A stretch of DNA of 64,000 bases from Dictyostelium discoideum. Lineage: Eukaryota. Both the position numbers and the translations under genes were made by a program. The notes under the pieces were generated by a model. The model was not told where the DNA came from and ran no database searches. It was given only the letters and a program-made list of their open reading frames with translations. Below, piece by piece: positions 11,686 through 22,724 of the stretch. Numbering within the stretch: the first letter of the stretch is position 1; each line of letters opens with the position of its first letter. The stretch spans positions 3,552,001-3,616,000 of the forward strand of contig CM000153.2 in the NCBI GenBank assembly GCA_000004695.1, in the 5' to 3' direction.

Positions 11686-11709
11686 GAAAATGGTTAGCAC
11701 TTCTTTCCG

Positions 11710-11743
<34 letters not shown>

Positions 11744-12506
11744 ACTGATTATTTTTTGACTTTTTTTTAAATTCTTTTATTTTTAATTCCCTAATTTTTT
11801 TTTTTTCTTTTATTTTTTTTTTTTCTATTTTTTTTTTTTTACTTTCTGATTATATTTTTTTTTTACTTTTTTTTTTTTTTACTTTCCGATTATTTTTTTT
11901 TTTTAAAAAAAAAAATAATTTATTGGTCTTTCAATTTTTTTTAAAAAGTAAAGAAAAAAAAAAAAAAAATAAGTGTAAAATTTAAAGTTTTACAAATGAT
12001 TGCAAATGTGTCTAGAAAATAAAAAAAAGAAAAAAAAAAAAAAAACGAAAATTAGTTTTGAAATAATCTTGTTTTTTAGGGATTTTCTTGAAAACACAAA
12101 AAACTATTAATCCCGAACCTTTAAAATTTTGAAAAATTAATTATTTTTTTTTTTTTTACTTTTATAATTATTGCTCCATTTTAAATCGATATTTTTATAT
12201 TTTTAGAAAAAAAAAAAAAAAATAAAAATAAAAGAATTAATAATGTAAAGAAAAAGCCAATTATAGATCAAGAGATTTGAGGGGAATGTTTTTTTTTTTT
12301 ATTATAATCATTTTTTTTATAAATTTCCTATTTTCTTGAAAAAAAAAAACTGCAAGGCACTGTAAAGAAAATTTTTTGGTCTGAGGAATAGTGTTTTATT
12401 TTTTTAATTTGGATTTTAATTAAAAAAAAATAAAAATAAAAATAAAAAAAATAATAAAAGCCTGGAAGAATTTGGACAATCACTTTGTGGTTCCAGAAAA
12501 AACTAT

Positions 12507-12567
12507 ATCATAAATTATAAAAAAAACCTCAGAAGATACAAGGAAATTCTTTGAAGATCCAATCACT

Positions 12568-12608
<41 letters not shown>

Positions 12609-12728
12609 ATAATTATCCATAAAATACAATAAAACAAATAAAATATTTTTATTCTTAATTTTTTGAAAATCTTCAAGGAATTTCCTTGTATCTTCTCAGA
12701 GGTTCTTTTTATAATTTATAATATAGTT
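12507..12728. repeat. Inverted repeat with ~55-bp arms (about 12507-12563 and 12672-12728) separated by a ~105-bp A-rich spacer, lying 25-240 bp 3' of the stop codon of permease paralog B.
   Basis: Left arm tatcataaattataaaaaaaacctcagaagatacaaggaaattctttgaagat. Reverse complement of right arm ataaattataaaaagaacctctgagaagatacaaggaaattccttgaagat. There are 3-4 mismatches over about 50 bp. Confidence 0.75.
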
Positions 12729-12750
12729 TTTTTTTTTTTTTTTAAAGAAA

Positions 12751-15700
12751 TTAATCTTTTAAAACTGTAATAATTGGTTGTTTTAATAAATGTCTAATTG
12801 GAGAAAATACAGAAATGATTGAGACAATTAAAGATGAAATGAAGAGTATAGGAATTAATTCCCATTGAATTGAAAATGGTATAATTTGTTGATTCATAAC
12901 TGATTGTTCCAATAGAATTGTATAGCTAATGAAAAGACCAATAATAATACCAATTATACAACTACCAAATGAAAGTGTAAAAGCTTCGATAATATAGATT
13001 TTATAGATTTTAAAATTTGATAAACCAATTGATCTTAGAATACCAATTTCTTTTGATTGATTTTTAATACTTGTAAACATTGATGAAATTAATGAAAATG
13101 ATGATATAATCATTGAGAGTACAGTTGCAAAATCAAAGAATAATGAATTTAATTTATCTGAACTATTTGATGAATCTTTATATCTAATTATATATGGACT
13201 TTCAGAGTTTTTATTAAATAAACAAGTTTCTGAAATTTTATATTGTAATGAATCAATTAAATCGTCATCTAATGATTTTGGTTTTAATAAAATTACGCTA
13301 ACTGGTATATTCCTAACTGAATCAATATTACCACCTGATAATCCGACATATGCTGGAAAAGAAGTAATTACACTTTGAGTAAGATCTTCATCCGGAATTT
13401 CAGATACACTAAATGTACCTGCAGTTTTTAAATATGCTAATGGTTTCATTACATTTCGACCAATCCAATTGAAGGTTACATTTTGTTGTTGATTTTTACC
13501 AGATGGATCAATTTTTGTATAATTATTAATTTCAATATAATTTGATAAAAGAAATTCATCTGGACCACCTTTTTCATCAAGATACATTAATTTCTTTTGA
13601 GATTGAGTTAATATTAATTTATTCATTGAATCTTTACTATATAAAATCGTTGATAAATCAGTCATATCACCATTTTGATTAAAATCAACATCTTTATCAG
13701 TTTTTAAATTTTTTGAAACTGATGAAACTTGAAAATAATCTTCCATTAATTCACTGAAATAAGTTGGACCAACTGCCCATAGTGATGATTTTAAAGTTTT
13801 AGTTTTAGCAAGATCAGAAACAATTGATTTCTTATCAGGTTGAGAAAATTCACTAAATTCCATTGACCTTAATGAATAACTATCCAAACCATTATTTTCA
13901 TCATCGATTATTCGATCTAAACATTGAGTTATATTTGATAAATCTTCCCTTTTTATAAAGGTACTGGTTTCAATCTTTAAAAGTGAACCAAAGTATTGTT
14001 TATTTGAAGCATTTGAAATTTCAACTTGAACTAAAAATAAACAATTAATTATAATTATTAAAGATACTGAAACACCAAACATAAACATTGTACTTTTATT
14101 CTTTTTCTTGTGAGAAATTAAATTTTTATATAAAATTATTCTAATAATATTTTTTGCAAAAGGATCTATTAAAGTAATAAGGTAAACTAATGTTTTTGAA
14201 ATGATTAAATGGAAATTCATCATTAAGAAAATTGCTGATATTAAAACTAAAATTAACAATCCAAATAATAATGCTAATAATGAACTAAAATTACCAGATA
14301 ATAATAATTTTGGTAATAAAAAACAACCAACTATACCTAAGGCGCTTAATGATAAACCAATCAATGATACAAACTTTCTATATTCTGAATCAGTTGAATC
14401 TTTATCAATTGTTGTAATTTGATGTGATGATGATATATTTGATCTACTAGTATCCAATTGCTCACCTAATGAAAAACTTAATGCTTTTCTAATTGGTAAT
14501 ATCAATGATACCATTGGTATTAGAAAACCAAGTAAAATTGAATAAACAATTGAATCTACTGTTAAATAATTTGAAATTTCATCTGAATTTGTAAAACGTT
14601 TTAATTGATCTATAATTATAAATAAAAAGATTTGAGAAATTATTAAACCTAATATAATTGATGGGACTGTGAATATTATTGTTTTTGAAACTATTAGCTC
14701 GATGATGAAACTAAATTTAGCACCTAACATTCTAAATACACCGTTATTAAATGTCATTGAATCCACATCAATCATTAATGTTGTATAAATTAAAAGAATT
14801 GATAATAAAAGGAATACAAAAACTATTAAATTTAATAATTGACCTAAATTACTTGAAACTTCGTTACTCTTGTATAATTCAGTCATTACTGGTGTTGAAA
14901 TATCAACTCTACCAACACCAATTTTGTAAATTAATTTTGAAGTAAATTCACTAACTCTTTGTAAAGTTTTATCTAAATCTGTACCATAATACATTGATAA
15001 TCTTGGTGATGGAAATTTCATAACTATATATTCGACATATTCTTTAATATTTCTATTTTTCATTAAATCTACATTCCATGATGGATTTACTTGTTCAACC
15101 ATTGAATCATAGAATGAGTCAATATCTATTAATATCGATGGTATTGTTTCACCCAATTCGAAACCTAGTTCATATGGATTCTCTGTATTATTGAAAAATC
15201 CATTAACTTTTAATTTTGTTATTATATATGGTGATTTTTCAATTTGAGTTGTTGAAATCATTGAATCTGTTAATAATGTTGATAATAATTCCACTGCTGG
15301 TACTATTATAAAAATTTCATCACCAATCTTTAATTCTGTTGCTTTAGCCAATAATTCTACCATTAAACATGTACCCTTTGGTTGTGATCCATAACCAAAT
15401 GTTGATTTTATACCCATATCATTCTCTTTTTTAAAATCTAGTAATTGGAAACCCATATATACATGTTCTCCATCACCACCGCATCTATTAATAAAACAAG
15501 TACTCTCTGTGCAATTTAAATCACTACCATTTGAAAAGTACCTTGCTTCAATATTATTTTCAACAATGTTTTCACAATAATTTACGGGATATCCATATGT
15601 ATCTATCATATGAAATCTTGGTGAATTATTTTTAAAATTTTTTTTTTTACTTCCACCACTACTTGAACTCTGGATTATAGTTTCACTAGCTCCAGCACTA

Positions 15701-16383
15701 TTTTCACCTTTTATTTCTATATTCTCTATTTTTTCAAAATTTAAAATTGCATTATTTAAAATTTTATCAAATAATGTATAATTTAATCTTATAGTAAAAC
15801 CTTTATCTAAATCTATTGACTGATGTTGTTTTCCTGATATTATTAAATCTATATGATTAGCATCAGAATCTGCTTTACTTAAAAATATTAATGATATATT
15901 TGATAATACTGATAAACCAGTTGCAACTAAAATTACTACTAAAAAACATGATATAAAACCAATACTATAATTTAATTTACTCCTTTTAATACCATTTATT
16001 GAATATTTAATTATTGAAAACCATTCTTCAATAATTGTATTAAATCCAATATTTTTTAAATTTATTTTAATTTTTTTTAAAATTAATCCAAAAAATTTAA
16101 ATTCTTTTTTTAAAAATTCCAAAGCTCCAATAATTATTGAGGTTAATAATTTAAAAAAATATAAAATTCCTTTGATTATTATTTTAAATTTATTATTTTT
16201 TTTAAAATGATAATCGTTACTGTCACAATCTTCATCAAATGATGTTAAAATTGCATAATTTTTAGTGATGGAATTATCGTCATCATCTCCATCCTCATCT
16301 TCATTACAGTTGTCATTTTCACTTGGTCCATAAAAATTATGCATTTCTATTCTTTTTTTTATTTTAAAATTATTGGTTAGCAT
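12751..16383 (-). CDS. MacB/FtsX-type double-permease-like membrane protein, paralog B; 1210 aa. Its N-terminal ~90 residues are unrelated to those of A and C.
   Basis: Very high identity to 7921-11643 and 17277-21032 across most of its length, with identical stretches such as KSPYIITKLKVNGFFNNTENP and LLIYTTLMIDVDSMTFNNGVFRMLGAKFSF. The N-terminus MLTNNFKIKKRIEMHNFYGPSEND... is different, and the first M could be preceded by a missed 5' exon. Confidence 0.8.
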   Translation of the reverse strand: MLTNNFKIKKRIEMHNFYGPSENDNCNEDEDGDDDDNSITKNYAILTSFDEDCDSNDYHFKKNNKFKIIIKGILYFFKLLTSIIIGALEFLKKEFKFFGLILKKIKINLKNIGFNTIIEEWFSIIKYSINGIKRSKLNYSIGFISCFLVVILVATGLSVLSNISLIFLSKADSDANHIDLIISGKQHQSIDLDKGFTIRLNYTLFDKILNNAILNFEKIENIEIKGENSAGASETIIQSSSSGGSKKKNFKNNSPRFHMIDTYGYPVNYCENIVENNIEARYFSNGSDLNCTESTCFINRCGGDGEHVYMGFQLLDFKKENDMGIKSTFGYGSQPKGTCLMVELLAKATELKIGDEIFIIVPAVELLSTLLTDSMISTTQIEKSPYIITKLKVNGFFNNTENPYELGFELGETIPSILIDIDSFYDSMVEQVNPSWNVDLMKNRNIKEYVEYIVMKFPSPRLSMYYGTDLDKTLQRVSEFTSKLIYKIGVGRVDISTPVMTELYKSNEVSSNLGQLLNLIVFVFLLLSILLIYTTLMIDVDSMTFNNGVFRMLGAKFSFIIELIVSKTIIFTVPSIILGLIISQIFLFIIIDQLKRFTNSDEISNYLTVDSIVYSILLGFLIPMVSLILPIRKALSFSLGEQLDTSRSNISSSHQITTIDKDSTDSEYRKFVSLIGLSLSALGIVGCFLLPKLLLSGNFSSLLALLFGLLILVLISAIFLMMNFHLIISKTLVYLITLIDPFAKNIIRIILYKNLISHKKKNKSTMFMFGVSVSLIIIINCLFLVQVEISNASNKQYFGSLLKIETSTFIKREDLSNITQCLDRIIDDENNGLDSYSLRSMEFSEFSQPDKKSIVSDLAKTKTLKSSLWAVGPTYFSELMEDYFQVSSVSKNLKTDKDVDFNQNGDMTDLSTILYSKDSMNKLILTQSQKKLMYLDEKGGPDEFLLSNYIEINNYTKIDPSGKNQQQNVTFNWIGRNVMKPLAYLKTAGTFSVSEIPDEDLTQSVITSFPAYVGLSGGNIDSVRNIPVSVILLKPKSLDDDLIDSLQYKISETCLFNKNSESPYIIRYKDSSNSSDKLNSLFFDFATVLSMIISSFSLISSMFTSIKNQSKEIGILRSIGLSNFKIYKIYIIEAFTLSFGSCIIGIIIGLFISYTILLEQSVMNQQIIPFSIQWELIPILFISSLIVSIISVFSPIRHLLKQPIITVLKD

Positions 16384-16794
16384 TTTTTTTTTTTTCTTAT
16401 CTAAAACTTAGATGTTATTTTTATTTTTATTTTTATTTTTATTTTGAAAGAAAATAATAATTTATAAAGTCTTTTCTTTTTTTTTTTATAATTAAAAAAA
16501 GAAAATAAATACAGCTTAAATTTTCATTTTATGTTGCTGACATTGCTTCATTGTAAACCTATCTTCATTTTCAAAAAAAGAAAAGGTGGCACTTCAAATA
16601 TTTTATTTTATTATAAAGAAAAAGATAAAAAACTATTGTCTGTCTGGCTTTTTTTAAGAACTAAGAAAAGTTTTTTGAAAATTTGGTTGATCTAGCCTTT
16701 TTTTTTTTTGTTATTTTTTGGTTTTTATGATAACGATCGAGAAAAAAAAAGTTGTTTATTTTCTAAAAAAAAAAAAAAAAACCAGGTGAGTCAC

Positions 16795-16895
16795 AAGAAA
16801 ATTATGTTTGTGTGAAGGGAGTCCCTAAGAAAATAAAAGTTAAAAAAAAGAGGCGACAAACCCACCAGCGCGGCACAAAATTACTTTTCACTTTA
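16795..16895. repeat. Copy 1 of a ~90-bp dispersed repeat of unknown family (GC-richer than its surroundings).
   Basis: ...gggagtccctaagaaaataaaag..aagaggcgacaaacccaccagcgcggcacaaaattacttttcac... aligns with 57957-58075 (...ggggagtcacatggaaaataaaa..aagaggcaacaaacccaacgctgcataaaatttcttttcac...). Confidence 0.55.
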
Positions 16896-17135
16896 GTTTT
16901 TTTGAAATTTGCATTTTTTTTTGATAAAGATTCAGAAAAAAAAAAATGTTTTTAAAAAAAAAAATGAAATGAAAATAAAAAAAATATATAAAAGCCTGGT
17001 AGAATTTGTATAATCAATAAAAGAAGTTCAGTTACATATAATGAAAAAATTATTTTTAAAACTTTTTACTTTTATTTTTAATTTTATTATTATTTTGATT
17101 TTAAAAAAAAAAAATTATTATCTGATTGTCTTAGG

Positions 17136-17171
<36 letters not shown>

Positions 17172-17276
17172 ATCACCCTTGTTATGATTGATTTCGATTC
17201 GATTCGATTTGATTTAATTTGATATGATTTATTATTATATTATTACTATTTTTATTATTTTTATTTTAAAATAAAA

Positions 17277-20200
17277 TTAATCTTTTAAAACTGTAATAAT
17301 TGGTTTCTTTAATAAATGTCTAATTGGGGAAACTACAGAAATGATTGAGACAATTAAAGATGAAATGAAGAGTATAGGAATTAATTCCCATTGAATTGAA
17401 AATGGTATAATTTGTTGATTCATAACTGATTGTTCTAATAGAATTGTATAGCTAATGAAAAGACCAATAATAATACCAATTATACAACTACCAAATGAAA
17501 GTGTAAAAGCTTCAAAAATATAGATTTTATAGATTTTAAAATTTGATAGACCAATTGATCTTAGAATACCAATTTCTTTTGATTGATTTTTAATATTTGT
17601 AAACATTGATGAAATTAATGAAAATGATGATATAATCATTGAGAGTACTGTTGCAAAATCAAAGAATAATGAATTTAATTTATCTGAACTGTTTGATGAA
17701 TCTTTATATCTAATTATATAAGGACCTGTTGATTTTAGATTAGATAAACATTTTTGACTAATTTTTAATCTTAATGAATCAATTAAATCATAATCTAATG
17801 ATTTTGGTTTAATTAAAATTACACTAACTGGTATATTCCTAACCGAGTCGATATTACCACCTGATAACCCAACATATGCTGGAAATGAGGCTATTACACT
17901 TTGAGTTGCACCTTTATCTGGAATCTCAGATACACTAAATGTACCTGCAGTTTTTAAATATGCTAATGGTTTCATTAAATAACGACCCATCCAATTTAAT
18001 GTTACATTTTGTTGTTGATTTTTGCCAGATGGATCAATTTTTGTATAATTATTAATTTCAATATAATTTGATAATAAATATTCATCACTACCACCTTCTT
18101 GATCAAGATACAATAATTTCTTTTGAGATTGAGTTAATATTAATTTATTCATTGAATCTTTACTATATAAAATCGTTGATAAATCAGTCATATCACCATT
18201 TTGATTAAAATCAACATCTTTATCAGTTTTTAAATTTTCTGAAACTGATGAAACTTGAAAATAATCTTCCATTAATTCACTGAAATAAGTTGGACCAACT
18301 GCAAATAATGATGATTTTAAAATTCTAGTTCTACCAAGATCAGAAACCGTTGATTTCTTATTATCAGGTTGAGAAAACTCACTAAACTCCATTGATCTTA
18401 ATGAATAACTATCTAAACCATTATTATCATCCATTAAACCATCTAAACATTGGGTAATATGTGATAAATCTTCTCTAAGTAAAAATGTTTCTGTTTCAAT
18501 CTTTAAAAGTGAACCATAGTATTGTTTTCTAGAAGCATTTGCAGTTTCAACTTGAACTAAATATAAACAACTAATTGTAATAATTAAAGATACAGAAATA
18601 CCAAACATAAACATTGTACCTTTATTCTTTTTCTTGTGAGAAATTAAATTTTTATATAAAATTCTTCTAATAATATATTTTGCACCAGGATCGATTAAAG
18701 TAATAAGGTAAACTAATGTTTTTGAAATGATTAAATGGAAATTCATCATTAAGAAAATTGCTGATATTAAAACTAAAATTAACAATCCAAATAATAATGC
18801 TAATAATGAACTGACATCACCGGATAATAATAATTTTGGTAATAAAAAACATACCACTATACCAAAAGCACTAATTGATAAACCAATCAATGATACAGAC
18901 TTTTTAAATTCTGCATCTTTTGAACCTTTATCAATTGTTGTAATTTGATGTGATGATATTTTTGATCTACTAGTATCCAATTGTTGATTTAATGAAAAAC
19001 TTAATGCTTTTCTAATTGGTAATATCAATGATACCATTGGTATTAGAAAACCAAACAAAATTGAAAATAGAATTGAATTTACTGTTAAATACTTTGAAAT
19101 ATCTGCTGAATTTGATATACTCTTTAATTGATCTACGACTATAACTAAAAAGATTTGTGAAATTATTAAACCTAATATAATTGATGGTATTGTGAAAATT
19201 ATTGTTTTTGAAACTATTAGCTCGATGATGAAACTAAATTTAGCACCTAACATTCTAAATACACCGTTATTAAATGTCATTGAATCCACATCAATCATTA
19301 ATGTTGTATAAATTAAAAGAATTGATAATAAAAGGAATACAAAAACTATAATATTTAATAATTGACCTAAATTATTTGAAACATCTTTGCTCTTGTATAA
19401 TTCAGTCATTACTGGTGTTGAAATATCAACTCTACCAACACCAATTTTGTAAATTAATTTTGAGCAATAATCACCCACACGTTGTAAAGTTTTATCTAAA
19501 TCTGTACCATAATACATTGATAATCTTGGTGATGGAAATTTCATAACTATATATTCGACATATTCTTTTAAATTTCTATTTTTCATTAAATCTACATTCC
19601 ATGTTGGATTTACTTGTTCAACCATTGAATCATAGAATGAGTCAATATCAATTAATATAGATGGTATTGTTTCACCCAATTCAAAACCTAATTCATAACC
19701 TAATTCGTATGGATTCTCTGTATTATTGAAAAATCCATTAACTTTTAATTTTGTTATTATATATGGTGATTTTTCAATTTGAGTTGTTGAAATCATTGAA
19801 TCTGTTAATAAAGTTGATAATAATTTAACTGCTGGTACTTTTAAAAAAATTTCATCACCAATCTTTAATTCTATTCTTTTAGCCAATGATTCTATCATTA
19901 AACATGTACCCTTTGGTTGTGATCCATAACCAAATGTTGATTTTATACCCATATCATTCTCTTTTTTAAAATCTAGTAATTGGAAACCCATATATACATG
20001 TTCTCCATCACCACCACATCTATTAATAAAACAAGTACTCTCTGTGCAATTTAAATCACTACCATTTGAAAAGTACCTTGCTTCAATATTATTTTCAACA
20101 ATGTTTTCACAATAATTTACGGGATATCCAAATGCATCTATCATATGAAATCTTGGTGAATTATAATCAAAATTATTAAAACCACTACTATCACCACCAA

Positions 20201-20685
20201 TAAATAAACTATTGAAACTATTAGCTTCATTCAATTCTATTAATTTTTCAAAATTTAAAGTTGCATCATTTAAAAGTTGATCAATTAATGTATAATTTAA
20301 TCTGACATCAATAATTTCACCTAAATCTATTGATTGTTGTTTGCCTGATATTATTAAATCAATACCATAGGCATCAGAATCTGCTTTACTTAAAAATATT
20401 AATGATATATTTGATAATACTGATAAACCAGTTGCAACTAAAATTACTACTAAAAAACATGATATAAAACCAATACTATAATTCAATTTACTCCTTTTAA
20501 TACCATTTATTGAATATTTAATTATTGAAAACCATTCTTCAGTAATTTTAAAAAATCCAATATTTCTTAAAATTAATTTAATCTTTTTTAAAATTATTTT
20601 AATCCTTTTTAAAATTGATTTAAAAAATTCTAAAATTATTATTATTATTTTTATTATTATTATTTTAAATTTTTTTATATATAAA

Positions 20686-20716
<31 letters not shown>

Positions 20717-21032
20717 CATCTTCATCATTATTATTATTATTATTATCATTTGATGATTTTTTAAAATCTGATAATTCAACTTGACTATATTCACCAACAC
20801 TATCTCTCCAATTATTATAATATTTTTTGTCACTAATTAAAATTGTATCATTTTCATTATTTTCACTCCTTTTCATTGCACTTGTTAATATTGAATTATT
20901 ATTGTTGAGGTTGTTTTTATCCTCATCGTCATCATCGTCGTTATTATTATTGTTATTGTTTTCTTCATAATTATTTACACTATCTTCATTATCGTTAGCA
21001 CTTATTCCAAAATAATTATCATTTTGAACCAT
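17277..21032 (-). CDS. MacB/FtsX-type double-permease-like membrane protein, paralog C; 1251 aa.
   Basis: A full-length ORF with the same architecture and high identity to A and B. The N-terminal acidic, Asn-rich cytosolic region shares KKYYNNWRDSVGE with paralog A (KKFYNKWRESVGE). Confidence 0.8.
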
Positions 21033-21038
21033 TCCTAT

Positions 21039-21078
<40 letters not shown>

Positions 21079-22095
21079 CAAGGTTATTATTTATTTTTTT
21101 TACAACAAGGTTATTTTTTTATTTTTATTTTTTATTTTATTAAAATTTTTTTAATATTTCTTACCTATCTTTTTAATATTTTTTTTTTTTTTTTTTTACA
21201 ACAAGGTAATTTTTTTTTTTTTTTTTTTTTTTTTTTTCAAATAAATTAAAATTTAAAATGATTATTAGAATATTATTTTAAAAAAAGATATATAAAAAAA
21301 AAAAAAATTTAAAAATAAATTTCAATAAAAAATATCAAAAAAAAAAAAAAATAGAATAATTTTAAATAATTGAAAGAAAATGTGTGAAGGGGTTTTTTTT
21401 CTTTTTAATTAAATAAAAAGTTAAAAAGAAAAAAAATAAATATTAGAAAAAAAAAAAAAAAACGGTGATTGTGAGGTTTTACAAAAAAAAGCAAAACGAA
21501 AATTAAATTAAAAAAATAAAAAAAAAAATTAAAGTCGAAATTTATTTTCACATAACCTTATTTCCAGGGTTCTTTGAGAACAAATTAAAAAAAACAAATC
21601 GGCTTGTAACCCCGTAATACACTCGCACTGTTTCGGTCTAAAAATGTCAAAAAAAAAAAAAAAAAAAAAAAAATTAAAAAAATATTAAAAAAAAAAAATA
21701 TTGAAAAAAAAAATTTGTTTTGAACTTTTACACCAATTGCGTCATTTTAAATCGATTTCCAGTTATAATTTTTTTTTTTTTTAATCTTTGGAATTGTTTA
21801 TCATAAGTAATAAAAAAAAATTATGAAGAATAAATAAAAGAAAAAAGAAAAAAATTTCTAATTCATTTTTTTTTTTTTTTTTTTTATTTATTTTTAATAT
21901 GGAGCACCAAAAACGATATAAAATATAAAAAAAAGTGAATTTAACCATTCCTTTTTTTTTTTTTTAATTTTCAAAGAAATTATTTAAGATTATAATTTTT
22001 TTTTTTTTTATTTTAAATTCACAACAACTAACAAACCTTTTTTTTTCGGGGATACAATTTTTTTTTTTTTATTTACAAATTTGGTTGTTGAATTC

Positions 22096-22611
22096 CTATA
22101 AGTTATTATTACTATTAAATCCTTTTTTCTTTAAAATTAATTGTGGTGAATTTAAAATATCGATAACTTTTTGTTTGATGTTATTCATTGATTCGCTATC
22201 AATTGAGGTATTACTATTACTATTATCTATTTCATTAACACTTTTTTCAGGTGAAAATAATAATTCTGTTAATGATAAACCATTATTACCATTTTGTTGT
22301 TGTTGTTGTTGTTGTTCTGTTTCACTATTATTATCTTTGTTGTTTATTAATGTTGGTACTGAAGTTACATTAATTGCATCAATATCTAAACAATGTTGAA
22401 GGAATTCTTCCATTGACATTTTTCTTATTGAATTTGGTAAATTTAATAACTCTGATTGTAAATTCTTTTTCAATAATTCACTTAACATCTTTGATTCATT
22501 TCTTAAACTTTCAATATGTGTTTCAACTAAATTTAATTTAAAACAAAAAAAAATAAAAATAAAAAAAAAAATTAATTTATTTATTTATCAACACATTAAC
22601 AAATATTAAAG

Positions 22612-22648
<37 letters not shown>

Positions 22649-22724
22649 GATTATTATTTTTACCCTCTTTATCAAAGTGTTCCAAACCAAATTTTAATAT
22701 TTCATATGATTCATTATTTGACAT
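22096..22724 (-). CDS. Borealin-like protein, a candidate chromosomal passenger complex subunit (Nbl1/Borealin N-terminal domain); about 172 aa. Exons about 22724-22661 and 22526-22096, with a gtaaaa...tttag intron about 22660-22527.
   Basis: The ORF-track entry 22096..22488 is extended upstream in frame to the acceptor at 22527-22528. A 64-nt first exon, ATG TCA AAT AAT GAA TCA TAT GAA ATA TTA AAA TTT GGT TTG GAA CAC TTT GAT AAA GAG G|gtaaaa, joins in phase (G|TT). The product MSNNESYEILKFGLEHFDKEVETHIESLRNESKMLSELLKKNLQSELLNLPNSIRKMSMEEFLQ... aligns with human Borealin [51 protein letters not shown]. Confidence 0.6.
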
